The translations under genes were made by a program, and so were the position numbers. DNA of 32,000 nt from Synechocystis sp. PCC 6803 substr. PCC-P (GTDB lineage: Bacteria > Cyanobacteriota > Cyanobacteriia > Cyanobacteriales > Microcystaceae). The notes beneath the pieces are model-generated. The model saw nothing but the letters and a program-made list of their open reading frames with translations, was not told the origin of the DNA and did no database searches. The DNA lies in NCBI RefSeq assembly GCF_000284455.1, contig NC_017039.1, positions 990,001 to 1,022,000 on the forward strand, read 5' to 3'. Shown piece by piece: positions 1-9,283 of this stretch (position 1 is its first letter; each line of letters starts with the position of its first letter).

Positions 1-1858
1 CCTGGCCCAATAGGTGATGTAGTTCTTCCCCTTCAATGACCTCTTTTTCAAGAATTTTTTCGGCGATCGCCTCTAGTAAATCTCGATTGTGCTCCAGAAT
101 TGCCAAAGCTTGGTTATGGCCCTGCTCAACGATTTCTTTGACCTCTAGGTCAATTTCTTTGGCAGTGTCGTCACTGACCATGCGCCGGGGATTACCCATG
201 CCCTGCCCCAGAAAGTTATTTTGCTGACCTTTATCGTAGGCGAGGGGGCCCAAAACCTTACTCATGCCATAGGTGGTGACCATCTGTTCTGCTAAGTCCG
301 TGGCCCGTTGTAAATCATTGGCCGCGCCAGTGGTGATGCTGTCAAAAACAATTTCTTCGGCGGCCCTTCCCCCCAGCAGAGTGGCAATTTGGTCCCGTAG
401 CTCAGACTCGTTTAACAAAAAGCGGTCTTCTGTGGGCATCTGTAGGGTATAACCCAGGGCGGCCATCCCCCGGGGCACAATGGAAATTTTCGCCACCTGA
501 CCACCGCCGGGCATCACTGCTCCCACTAGTGCGTGGCCCACTTCATGGTAGGCAACAATTTTTTTCTCCTTATCCGACAGCACCCGACTTTTCTTCTCCA
601 AGCCAGCCACCACCCGTTCGATCGCCTCGCGGAAATCGGCTTCGGTAACGCTATCTTGCTTATTCCTAGCGGCTAGCAGTGCCGCTTCGTTGACTAAGTT
701 AGCCAAGTCAGCCCCGGCAAAACCAGGGGTACGGGTGGCAATATTTTTTAATTCCACCTCTTTGTCCAATTTAATTTTCTTGGCATAAATTTCTAAAATT
801 TTCAGCCTGCCCGCCAAATCTGGCCGGTCCACCAATACCTGGCGATCGAAACGGCCAGGACGCAGTAAAGCTGGATCCAAGGTTTCCGGGCGGTTAGTGG
901 CCGCCAATACAATCACCGTTGCCCCCGCCGCACTGAACCCATCCATTTCCGTCAGCAGTTGGTTGAGGGTTTGTTCTCGCTCATCGTTACCACCCATAAA
1001 AGCGCCGCTGGCCCGGGATTTACCAATGGCATCCAATTCGTCAATGAAGACAATGCAAGGGGCTTGTTTTTTGGCTTGCTCAAATAAATCCCGCACCCTG
1101 GCGGCCCCTGCGCCCACAAATAACTCCACAAATTCAGAACCAGAAATGATGAAAAATGGCACCCCTGCTTCCCCCGCCGCCGCTTTAGCCAGTAGGGTTT
1201 TGCCTGTGCCGGGAGGCCCGACTAGCAATACGCCTTTAGGAATTTTTGCTCCCAGGGCGGTGTAACGTTGGGGAAATTTGAGAAAATCCACCACTTCGCT
1301 CAATTCCGTTTTGGCTTCTTCCACCCCGGCCACGTCGTCAAAGGTGACTTTAGTGGAGTCCCCTTCCACATAAACTTTCGCTTTACTTTTAGTGAAGGCC
1401 AAAGCCCCACCGGGAGCACCGTTATTATTGCGGTTCAAGAAAAATGACCAAATACCAACAAAAATCAGCGGAGGGATAACCCAACTCAAAAGGGTGCCAA
1501 ACCAAGAATTTTTCGCTGGGGGAGCGGCCGCAAACTCAATGCCCTTGGCCTCCAAGCGCTTGGGTAACTCCAGATCAAAAATGGGAGTAGTTCTTAAAAT
1601 TTGCCCCTCGGCGGCTTTTTCTTTCCCCTCATCCTCTGCTTCCGGTTTGAGTTGATAGCGAATCTCGTTTTGTCCTACGTAAACGCTGGCTACCTTGTCC
1701 CCTTCCACCTGGTCAATGAAAAGACTGTAGGGCACCTGGGGCGGTTGGGAGCGAAATAATGCCGGGGCAAGCAAGTTCACTAACAGATAAATGGTGGAGC
1801 CCCACAGCAGGACGCTAGCAAGGCGACGTTGCCATTGGGGTTGGGGTTTGATGGCCAT
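1..1858 (-). CDS. ftsH: ATP-dependent zinc metalloprotease FtsH (3' end truncated by window edge)
   Basis: Not in the supplied ORF track; translated by hand from the minus strand. Start [15 protein letters not shown]..., Walker [26 protein letters not shown] region [23 protein letters not shown], zinc site [11 protein letters not shown]; C-terminal part runs off position 1. Confidence 0.95.
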   Translation of the reverse strand, partial: MAIKPQPQWQRRLASVLLWGSTIYLLVNLLAPALFRSQPPQVPYSLFIDQVEGDKVASVYVGQNEIRYQLKPEAEDEGKEKAAEGQILRTTPIFDLELPKRLEAKGIEFAAAPPAKNSWFGTLLSWVIPPLIFVGIWSFFLNRNNNGAPGGALAFTKSKAKVYVEGDSTKVTFDDVAGVEEAKTELSEVVDFLKFPQRYTALGAKIPKGVLLVGPPGTGKTLLAKAAAGEAGVPFFIISGSEFVELFVGAGAARVRDLFEQAKKQAPCIVFIDELDAIGKSRASGAFMGGNDEREQTLNQLLTEMDGFSAAGATVIVLAATNRPETLDPALLRPGRFDRQVLVDRPDLAGRLKILEIYAKKIKLDKEVELKNIATRTPGFAGADLANLVNEAALLAARNKQDSVTEADFREAIERVVAGLEKKSRVLSDKEKKIVAYHEVGHALVGAVMPGGGQVAKISIVPRGMAALGYTLQMPTEDRFLLNESELRDQIATLLGGRAAEEIVFDSITTGAANDLQRATDLAEQMVTTYGMSKVLGPLAYDKGQQNNFLGQGMGNPRRMVSDDTAKEIDLEVKEIVEQGHNQALAILEHNRDLLEAIAEKILEKEVIEGEELHHLLGQ

Positions 1859-1989
1859 GGGTTGGGAGAAGAGTAACTGAACAAGAAAAATCTGGCGATC
1901 GGGTTGATCGGCCTTTCCCCATCATATCCCTAAGGCAAGGCGATATTTTTGGGCTATGGTTTTCAGTCTAGGGCTTGGGGATTGGAGTC

Positions 1990-3027
1990 CTAACAAATAC
2001 GGGGTAATTGCTCCCCACTGATCATGTCTAGCAACCGGGGGGCACCAATGGAACTTTCCAAACTGACTAACCCCAAGGTTTGTGCACTTTTGCCTGTTAC
2101 TGTACCGATCGCCGTAGCTTGGGGATGGAAAGTTTGCAAAATTTCCACGGTCTTCTGTTCTGCTTCCGGGGGCACAATGGCCAGGAATCTTCCCTCATTG
2201 GCCACATAGAGGGGGTCAAAACCCAACAGTTCACAGGCGGCTTGTACTTCGGCCTCCACCGGGATTAACGTTTCTCGTAAAGCCATGGTTACCCCGGAAG
2301 TTTGGGCAATTTCATTAACCGCACTGGCTAATCCCCCCCTGGTTAAATCCCGCAGACAATGGATTGGGATCCCTGCCGACAATAATGCCTGCACTTCTCT
2401 GTGAACCGGGGCCGAATCACTTTCAATGGTGGTTTCAAATTCTAATCCTTGGCGCACTGCCATAATGGCCATGCCATGACGTCCCAAATCACCGCTCAAA
2501 ATTAGGCGATCGCCTACCTGTACCTGATTGGGATGGATAGTTTGTTGATGGTCGAGGGAACCAATGCCGCTGGTGTTGATGAAAATGCCGTCTCCCTTAC
2601 CCCGGTCCACCACTTTGGTATCACCGGTAAGAATTTCCACCCCACAGTTTTGGGCCGCTTGCCCTAGGGATTGGGCCACCCGCCAGAGGGTCTCCATGGG
2701 CAATCCTTCTTCGAGGATAAAACCAACGCTGATATAGCGAGGGGTTGCGCCGGCCATGGCTAGGTCATTAACGGTGCCGTGGACTGCCAAAGAACCAATA
2801 TCGCCCCCAGGAAAAAAGAGGGGATTGATCACATAGGAGTCGGTGGTGAAAGCTAAAGAACTTTGGTTGGCAGTAAAAACCGCCGCATCATGACTACCCG
2901 TTTCAGAAGCGCCAAAGGCCGGTAAAAAAATTTGCTTAAGTAATTGTTGGCTCAACTTACCGCCGCCGCCGTGGGCTAACAGTACCTGGGGATAACGATC
3001 AAGGGGAACGGGACAGACTAAGTTCAC
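1990..3027 (-). CDS. hypE: Hydrogenase maturation protein HypE
   Basis: 345 aa; LAHGGGGKLSQQL N-terminus, AIR synthase-like fold motifs (TGDTKVVDRG, RDLTRGG), C-terminal ...GEQLPRIC with the terminal cysteine typical of HypE. Confidence 0.95.
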   Translation of the reverse strand: MNLVCPVPLDRYPQVLLAHGGGGKLSQQLLKQIFLPAFGASETGSHDAAVFTANQSSLAFTTDSYVINPLFFPGGDIGSLAVHGTVNDLAMAGATPRYISVGFILEEGLPMETLWRVAQSLGQAAQNCGVEILTGDTKVVDRGKGDGIFINTSGIGSLDHQQTIHPNQVQVGDRLILSGDLGRHGMAIMAVRQGLEFETTIESDSAPVHREVQALLSAGIPIHCLRDLTRGGLASAVNEIAQTSGVTMALRETLIPVEAEVQAACELLGFDPLYVANEGRFLAIVPPEAEQKTVEILQTFHPQATAIGTVTGKSAQTLGLVSLESSIGAPRLLDMISGEQLPRIC

Positions 3028-3075
3028 TGGCAGCTAATCTCTTTGTTGCAGGATGTAACAGTTACGGCCAAGAAC

Positions 3076-3738
3076 TTAAATTTCCTCAGGATCAACGCCT
3101 AATTCCTTCAGCTTGGCCGCTAGGCGATCGGCCCTTTGTTGTTCTTCGTTAGCCCGTTGCTTTTCTTTGACCATTTCTCGATCAAGCTCCACCGTGGTAA
3201 GAAACTTGCGTCCGTCAGGATAATAAATCTGCAGGGTATCGGGAGTGAGGAAAAAGCGAATGCCCAGGAGGGGGCTAGTCCAATCTTCTATGGTCTCAAT
3301 CACCTCTAATCCGTTCTCTCCCCGCTGCAGTCCGGTTAATTCGTTGTCATCGGGGTCATAAACGTAATACTCATTCACCCCGTAGCGTTCATAAAACTGT
3401 AATTTGCGAATCATTTCCTTAGCACGATTGCCGGGAGAGAGGATTTCAAAGACCACCTGGGGAGCAATATTGTCTTCCTCCCATTGGCGGTAGGAACCGC
3501 GTTTCCCCTTGGGCCGCCCTAGGGCCACCATGGCATCGGGAGCTACACGGATTTCAGGATGCCCTTCCACGGGATACCAGAGTAGGTCCCCGGCTACGAA
3601 AACATTGTCGTCCTGGGCAAAAAGACACTCCAGATTTTCCTTGAGTAAAACAATCCACTGGAATTGTTCAGTATTATCTGCCATGGGTTGACCGTCGCTG
3701 TCGGGGTAGATAATAGTGCGATGGGGGGCGATAACCAT
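3076..3738 (-). CDS. Uma2 family (DUF820) protein, PD-(D/E)XK nuclease-like fold
   Basis: 220 aa; motifs FVAGDLLWYP, APDAMVALGRPKGKRGSYRQWEED, PQVVFEILSPGNRAKEM, YYVYDPDDN; C-terminal charged helix. Confidence 0.88.
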   Translation of the reverse strand: MVIAPHRTIIYPDSDGQPMADNTEQFQWIVLLKENLECLFAQDDNVFVAGDLLWYPVEGHPEIRVAPDAMVALGRPKGKRGSYRQWEEDNIAPQVVFEILSPGNRAKEMIRKLQFYERYGVNEYYVYDPDDNELTGLQRGENGLEVIETIEDWTSPLLGIRFFLTPDTLQIYYPDGRKFLTTVELDREMVKEKQRANEEQQRADRLAAKLKELGVDPEEI

Positions 3739-3790
3739 TTGCTTTGCTTAAGTTTCCTAAAATGGGCAACTTTGCTTATATCTTATCGGC

Positions 3791-4468
3791 TTAAACTCTC
3801 AACTGAGTGATGGCAATGTTGCCGGAAAAACAAACGTCAATGTCGGAGCCGGGTTGCCGTGGTCGCTGGCTATATTCCCCCCGATAAAAGAAATTCGATC
3901 CTTCTATGGTGAATGCCACGGGCAGAGGATCCCGACTGGGTTCACAAAAAATAACCTCCGGTTCCGGGTCGCCACTTTGCCAATGGGGTAAGTTAACGTT
4001 CCAAAAATGTTGGGGGGGTAAATCCTGTTGCCAAAGGGTATTGAAGACAGCATTGGCCCAATGGGAAGCCCAGGCCCAGTTAATGGTGCGGGGTTTGTTA
4101 ATCCAGTGGGAAATGGCGATCGCCTTATGGCCAAGGATAGCCGCCTCCCGTACCGCCGCCACTGTGCCAGATAGGTAGGAATCAATGCCCATATTGCCCC
4201 CCGCATTGATGCCGGCAATAACCCAATCCACTTCTGGATAAAAATGAACTACTCCCAACCGGGTACAGTCCGCCGGAGTGCCGTCCACTGCGTAACGATT
4301 TTTGCCTCTTTGTTCCACGGCGATCGCCTGGTCAGTGGTCACCTTATGGCCACAGCCGGAATGTTGATTTTTGGGAGCCACCCACACCCCCCTTTTACCA
4401 AGGGCTTCATAGAGAGCTTCAATACCAGGGGCATCAATGCCATCGTCATTGGTGAGCAAAAAATTCAT
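3791..4468 (-). CDS. surE: 5'-nucleotidase SurE
   Basis: 225 aa; MNFLLTNDDGIDAPGI, APKNQHSGCGHKVT, VIAGINAGGNMG, YLSGTVAAVREA motifs. Confidence 0.94.
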   Translation of the reverse strand: MNFLLTNDDGIDAPGIEALYEALGKRGVWVAPKNQHSGCGHKVTTDQAIAVEQRGKNRYAVDGTPADCTRLGVVHFYPEVDWVIAGINAGGNMGIDSYLSGTVAAVREAAILGHKAIAISHWINKPRTINWAWASHWANAVFNTLWQQDLPPQHFWNVNLPHWQSGDPEPEVIFCEPSRDPLPVAFTIEGSNFFYRGEYSQRPRQPGSDIDVCFSGNIAITQLRV

Positions 4469-4597
4469 AGGATGTGTAACTAGTCAAACGGGCAACGGTA
4501 AGCAAACCTTTTAAACCATAGCGAAAATTGTCCAGGCCGTGATTTTGTTAAGATGTAGTCCAAGACCCCATTGTTGAGATAGGCCCGTAGAACGTCC

Positions 4598-5161
4598 ATG
4601 ACTGCCACCATCCTCGTTGAAAAGCAAAAAGTTGATCGTCCCCCTTTAGAACTTCATTACCTAGGGGACAAGGTGCTCCGACAACCGGCCAAGCGCATTG
4701 CCAAGGTGGATGACAGCATTCGCAAATTGGCCAAGGAGATGTTGCAGACTATGTACAGTGCCAATGGTATCGGGTTGGCTGCTCCCCAGGTGGGTATTAA
4801 CAAACAACTTTTGGTGGTGGATTGTGAACAGGATAAGCCCGATGAACCGCCTTTGATTATGATTAATCCCCAAATTACCCGCACTAGCGAAGAACTTTGT
4901 GTGGTGGAAGAGGGTTGTCTGAGTGTGCCCAATGTTTACATGGATGTGACCCGGCCCCGGGCGATCGAAGTGACCTACAAAGATGAGCATGGCCGGCCCC
5001 AAAAACGCCTTTTTGCTGAGCTAACCGCCAGGGTAATTCAACATGAAATGGACCATCTGAATGGGGTTATGTTTGTGGACCGGGTGGATAATCCTTTAGC
5101 CTTAGCAGAATCTTTGAAGAAAGAAGGTTTTTCTATGCAGGCGGTTAAGCCCGTCGCTTGA
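4598..5161 (+). CDS. def: Peptide deformylase
   Basis: 187 aa; GIGLAAPQVG, EEGCLSVP, VIQHEMDHLNGVMFVDR motifs. Confidence 0.96.
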   Translation: MTATILVEKQKVDRPPLELHYLGDKVLRQPAKRIAKVDDSIRKLAKEMLQTMYSANGIGLAAPQVGINKQLLVVDCEQDKPDEPPLIMINPQITRTSEELCVVEEGCLSVPNVYMDVTRPRAIEVTYKDEHGRPQKRLFAELTARVIQHEMDHLNGVMFVDRVDNPLALAESLKKEGFSMQAVKPVA

Positions 5162-5276
5162 GTCTTAGTTAGCAGGCCATCTGAAAAAAGTCTTCACTTC
5201 CCTGGCTCAACCCTAGCCCCCGCTTAACGGTAAACTGAACTGTTGTCCGTTCCATTGTTCCGGAGGCTATTTTTCT

Positions 5277-5474
5277 GTGACCCCTAAAAGTGGTATTCTT
5301 CTGCTCCTTTCCTGTGTGTCGGCGATCGCCGCCGTGGGCTGCGTATTTGAACTGTCATCGGGGCAACCGGAATTGGGCAGTACGACCACCACGGCCATTT
5401 TGTTGGGCAGTATTCCCCTGACAGCCCTTTTCTTTTGGATTGCGGTGCAGGATACCAGGGCCAACATGAAGTAG
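5277..5474 (+). CDS. Small membrane protein, hypothetical (65 aa)
   Basis: ORF in the def-lysS gap, same strand as both; two hydrophobic segments (ILLLLSCVSAIAAVGCVF, AILLGSIPLTALFFWIAV). Confidence 0.6.
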   Translation: MTPKSGILLLLSCVSAIAAVGCVFELSSGQPELGSTTTTAILLGSIPLTALFFWIAVQDTRANMK

Positions 5475-5529
5475 ATAGTTTATTAGTATTTAATATCATT
5501 TCATTTCAATTTTTCCCGTTTACTCCACT

Positions 5530-7062
5530 ATGGCCGATTCCCATTCCCACTCCAGCCTTGAAGAAATCCGTGCCACCCGGCTTGAAAAAGCGGAACAATT
5601 GCGGCAACTCGGCCTCAATCCCTATGCCTACACCTGGGAAATTACCCACCAAGCTCAGGATTTACAGGAAACCTATCGGGATCTAAGCAACGGCGAAGAA
5701 GTGGACCTCAAAGTGGCGATCGCCGGCCGAATCTTAGCACGGCGGGTGATGGGAAAATTAGCCTTTTTTACTCTCCAGGACGAAAGCGGCACCATCCAAC
5801 TTTATTTGGAAAAGCAACGGCTGACGGAACATATGCCGGAGTTGGAAAATGCTTTTAACTTGTTGAAAAAAATCACCGATGTGGGGGATATTTTGGGGGT
5901 AACCGGCACCCTCAAACGCACGGAAAAAGGCGAATTATCGGTTTATGTGCAAACCTACGCTGTATTAACTAAGTCTTTACTGCCCCTACCGGATAAATGG
6001 CATGGTTTGACTGACACAGAAAAACGCTACCGCCAACGTTACGTGGATTTAATCGTTAATCCCACCGTAAGGCAAACTTTCCGCCGCCGGGCCCAGATTA
6101 CCGCCGCCATCCGCCGTTACTTGGATAAACAGGGCTTTATCGAAATTGAAACACCAGTTTTACAGGGGGAATCCGGGGGCGCAGAAGCTCGGCCTTTTAT
6201 CACCCATCACAACACCCTGGGCATGCCCCTGTATCTCCGCATTGCTACGGAATTACATCTGAAAAGATTGGTGGTGGGAGGCTTTGAAAAGGTTTTTGAG
6301 TTGGGGCGAATTTTTCGCAACGAAGGGGTTTCCACCAGGCATAATCCTGAATTTACCTCCATTGAGGTCTATCAAGCCTACGTGGACTATAACGAGATGA
6401 TGGCCTTAACCGAAGCCCTCGTCACCACCGCCGCCCAAGCAGTATTAGGCACGCTAAAAATTACCTACCAAGGGGAAGAAATCGACCTCACCCCTCCCTG
6501 GAAACGCATCACCATGCACGAAGCGGTGCAGTTAGAAACAGGGATAGATTTTAGCCAATTTACAGATCTGGAAACGGCCAAACAAGCGGCCACAAAAGCG
6601 GGCATTGGTGTGCCGGAAGATTGTCCTTCCCTTGGGCATTTGTTAAACCATGCTTTTGAGCAAAAAGTGGAAGGGACGTTGATGCAACCCACTTTTATCA
6701 TCGATTTCCCGGTGGAAATTTCTCCCCTCGCTAAGCCCCATCGCAGTAAACCGGGGCTGGTGGAACGGTTTGAGCTATTTGTTTACGGTCGGGAATTGGC
6801 CAATAGTTTTTCCGAGCTGACAGACCCCATTGATCAACGGAGTCGGTTGGAAGCCCAGGCGGCTAAAAAAGCGGCAGGGGATTTGGAAGCCCACAGCGTT
6901 GATGAAGATTTCCTCACAGCGTTGGAATACGGCATGCCCCCTACTGGTGGCTTGGGCATAGGCATCGATCGCCTGGTGATGTTGCTGACCGATTCCCCCA
7001 GTATTCGAGATGTAATTGCTTTTCCGTTGCTGAAAAATCAGGAGGCTGGCAGCGATGGTTGA
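5530..7062 (+). CDS. lysS: Lysyl-tRNA synthetase (class II)
   Basis: 510 aa; [92 protein letters not shown]. Confidence 0.97.
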   Translation: MADSHSHSSLEEIRATRLEKAEQLRQLGLNPYAYTWEITHQAQDLQETYRDLSNGEEVDLKVAIAGRILARRVMGKLAFFTLQDESGTIQLYLEKQRLTEHMPELENAFNLLKKITDVGDILGVTGTLKRTEKGELSVYVQTYAVLTKSLLPLPDKWHGLTDTEKRYRQRYVDLIVNPTVRQTFRRRAQITAAIRRYLDKQGFIEIETPVLQGESGGAEARPFITHHNTLGMPLYLRIATELHLKRLVVGGFEKVFELGRIFRNEGVSTRHNPEFTSIEVYQAYVDYNEMMALTEALVTTAAQAVLGTLKITYQGEEIDLTPPWKRITMHEAVQLETGIDFSQFTDLETAKQAATKAGIGVPEDCPSLGHLLNHAFEQKVEGTLMQPTFIIDFPVEISPLAKPHRSKPGLVERFELFVYGRELANSFSELTDPIDQRSRLEAQAAKKAAGDLEAHSVDEDFLTALEYGMPPTGGLGIGIDRLVMLLTDSPSIRDVIAFPLLKNQEAGSDG

Positions 7063-7104
7063 TATTTTCCTAGGAGCTAACTGTCGAGGGAATTTAATTG
7101 GCTC

Positions 7105-8076
7105 CTAGACCTCCTTAATTTCGACCCTGGGAATTCTGAGATAAGCCATGCGCTTAAGCTCCCGTCTTCCCCGGGCAACGGAATCTAAAATTAGGCCGCA
7201 GGTGAAAAAGACAAAGCCCAAGGACATTAAAGAAGCGGCAATGATGACTGTGGGAAATCTCGGTACTAGACCCGTTTCCAGATAGGTAAATACCACCGGC
7301 AACATTAAGGCGATCGCCGACCCGGAAAAGAGGGCAAAGAACACACCAAAAAAGAGGAATGGGCGGGTTTCCTTCATCAGTAAAAAGGAGGTACCCAAAA
7401 CCCGAAAGCCATCGCTAATGGTGTTTAACTTACTTTCGGAGCCAGAAGGGCGAGATTGGTATAACACTGGTTCTTCGGCAAAGGGCAGACGTAGTTCTAG
7501 GGTGTGGATAGTTAATTCCGTTTCAATTTCAAATCCGTTGGAAATAGCTGGGAAGCATTTAACAAAACGGCGGGAAAAAATTCTGTAGCCCGACAACATA
7601 TCGTCCAACCGAGCCCCAAATTGTAATTCCACAATGCCCTTTAATAGTTGGTTACCACTGCGGTGGCCAAAACGGTAGGCCTCCTTGTCCTTAACCTCCG
7701 ATCGCCGAGCCCCCACCACCATATCCAATTGCTCATTAATCAGGCGATCAATCAATCTACCCACCGCTTCGGCTTCATAGGTATTGTCCCCATCCACCAA
7801 AATGTAAATATCCGCTTCAATATCAGCAAACATGCGGCGGATCACATTGCCTTTACCCGGTTGTTTCTCGTAACGAACAATGGCCCCTGCTTGCTGGGCG
7901 ACGGTGGCGGTGTCATCGGTGGAACAATTGTCGTAAACGTAGATGGCGGCATTGGGCAACTGCTGGCGAAAATCAGTCACAACCTGGGTGATGGTCAAAG
8001 CTTCATTACGGCAAGGAACTAGCACCGCCAAACGATAGGCACTGGAAAAAGAGGTTGACACCGTTAATTTAGCCAA
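7105..8076 (-). CDS. Family 2 glycosyltransferase with C-terminal TM helices
   Basis: 323 aa; VLVPCRNEALTITQV, NCSTDDTATVAQQ, VDGDNTY, DMLSGYRIFSRRF; C-terminal hydrophobic helices. Confidence 0.9.
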   Translation of the reverse strand: MAKLTVSTSFSSAYRLAVLVPCRNEALTITQVVTDFRQQLPNAAIYVYDNCSTDDTATVAQQAGAIVRYEKQPGKGNVIRRMFADIEADIYILVDGDNTYEAEAVGRLIDRLINEQLDMVVGARRSEVKDKEAYRFGHRSGNQLLKGIVELQFGARLDDMLSGYRIFSRRFVKCFPAISNGFEIETELTIHTLELRLPFAEEPVLYQSRPSGSESKLNTISDGFRVLGTSFLLMKETRPFLFFGVFFALFSGSAIALMLPVVFTYLETGLVPRFPTVIIAASLMSLGFVFFTCGLILDSVARGRRELKRMAYLRIPRVEIKEV

Positions 8077-8264
8077 AAATTCGGTAAAAATAAGCTGAGA
8101 AAGGGTCAGAGCGCCTGTATTTTTCCTAAACGTTCATAATTCAGGATTTTAATAGAGGCCTGTGCCAATGGTTCTCAGAACTGGGGCTAATTTTATCTGG
8201 CCGGTTGTCCCTCTGCAAGTTTGTCCAGCCAAAGCCACGATGATAATTAATTGGTTAATAGGGA

Positions 8265-9233
8265 TCACACAGGACTAGCAAACAGAGTATGGCCATCGCT
8301 GTTGCAACGGTAACCCAATCCCTCTAACAACGGTTGGACTCCCAACAATGCCGATTGTTTGGTTTTCACATCAGCGTGGATGTCAATGCAAAGATAGGGG
8401 CGACAGGTTTTTAATGTTTCCATGGCCCCCTGGAGAGCATACAGTTCAAAACCTTCAATATCAATTTTGATCGCTTTGGGGCTGAGATTGTTTTCCCCGG
8501 CAAATTTATCAATGGTGGTGATTTCCACTGCGTAGGTAGCATAATTATCTAGGCTAGGCTCCACATCTTTCGCCAAGGTAGAAGTGTCCGCCGCCCAGGA
8601 AAAACGGTTATCAGTACTATATTCAATGAATTCCGCTTCCCCCGTTTCATCGGCGATCGCCAGGGGAAGAACTGTAATATTTTCCAGGTGGTTGCCCTTA
8701 ACGATTTGTTCAAGGCTTTGACGGGTTTGGCGAGCGGGCTCAAAGGCATAGATATGGCCGTTATTACCAACAATTTCTGCCAAGGGAATACTAATCACCC
8801 CGTAGGCCGCCCCCACATCAAAAAACACGTCCCCGGGCCGTAGATGCTGCCCCAGCCACTGAACGCAATGGCTTTCTATGCAATAGGTAAAACTAAATTC
8901 CTGGGACGTTTCCAAGCAATGGGCATAGGCCCGTAAAATTCCCACCGGAACTCTGAGGGGAACCCCATTAATTTCACAGCTTAGGGTAGTCTGGGGTTGG
9001 CTCTGGGCAACAATTTCCACTAAAGCCCGGCTGTAATCCAAATGGAGATGATCAAAGGATTTTTGTAAACCAGCAATCAAATCATTGGTGTCGGCGATCG
9101 CCCTGAGCATGGCTGCTTCCTGCTCATCTAGGCCAAAAAGCTTGCGACGTAATTGTTTAAAAAATTTTTGCATAGGGGCGTTTCCCAAAAAATCCGATGG
9201 TTTATCCTCAGGTTGGCTAACATTCTCCCACAA
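8265..9233 (-). CDS. FkbM family methyltransferase
   Basis: 322 aa; RPGDVFFDVGAAYGVISIPLAEIVGNNGHIYAFEPARQTRQSLEQ, AIKIDIEGFELYALQGAMETL. Start may be internal (MQKFFKQ...). Confidence 0.85.
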   Translation of the reverse strand: MWENVSQPEDKPSDFLGNAPMQKFFKQLRRKLFGLDEQEAAMLRAIADTNDLIAGLQKSFDHLHLDYSRALVEIVAQSQPQTTLSCEINGVPLRVPVGILRAYAHCLETSQEFSFTYCIESHCVQWLGQHLRPGDVFFDVGAAYGVISIPLAEIVGNNGHIYAFEPARQTRQSLEQIVKGNHLENITVLPLAIADETGEAEFIEYSTDNRFSWAADTSTLAKDVEPSLDNYATYAVEITTIDKFAGENNLSPKAIKIDIEGFELYALQGAMETLKTCRPYLCIDIHADVKTKQSALLGVQPLLEGLGYRCNSDGHTLFASPV

Positions 9234-9283
9234 AAATCAACCCCATCTAGGGTCAGCTAAAAAATGCAATCCCCTGTGATATT

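Noticed and set aside
897-1655. Plus-strand ORFs of 122 and 87 aa inside 1-1858
   Set aside because: Antisense to ftsH, whose minus-strand translation contains all the expected catalytic motifs.
3904-4483. Plus-strand ORFs (104, 90 and 79 aa)
   Set aside because: Antisense to surE, which has clear family motifs.
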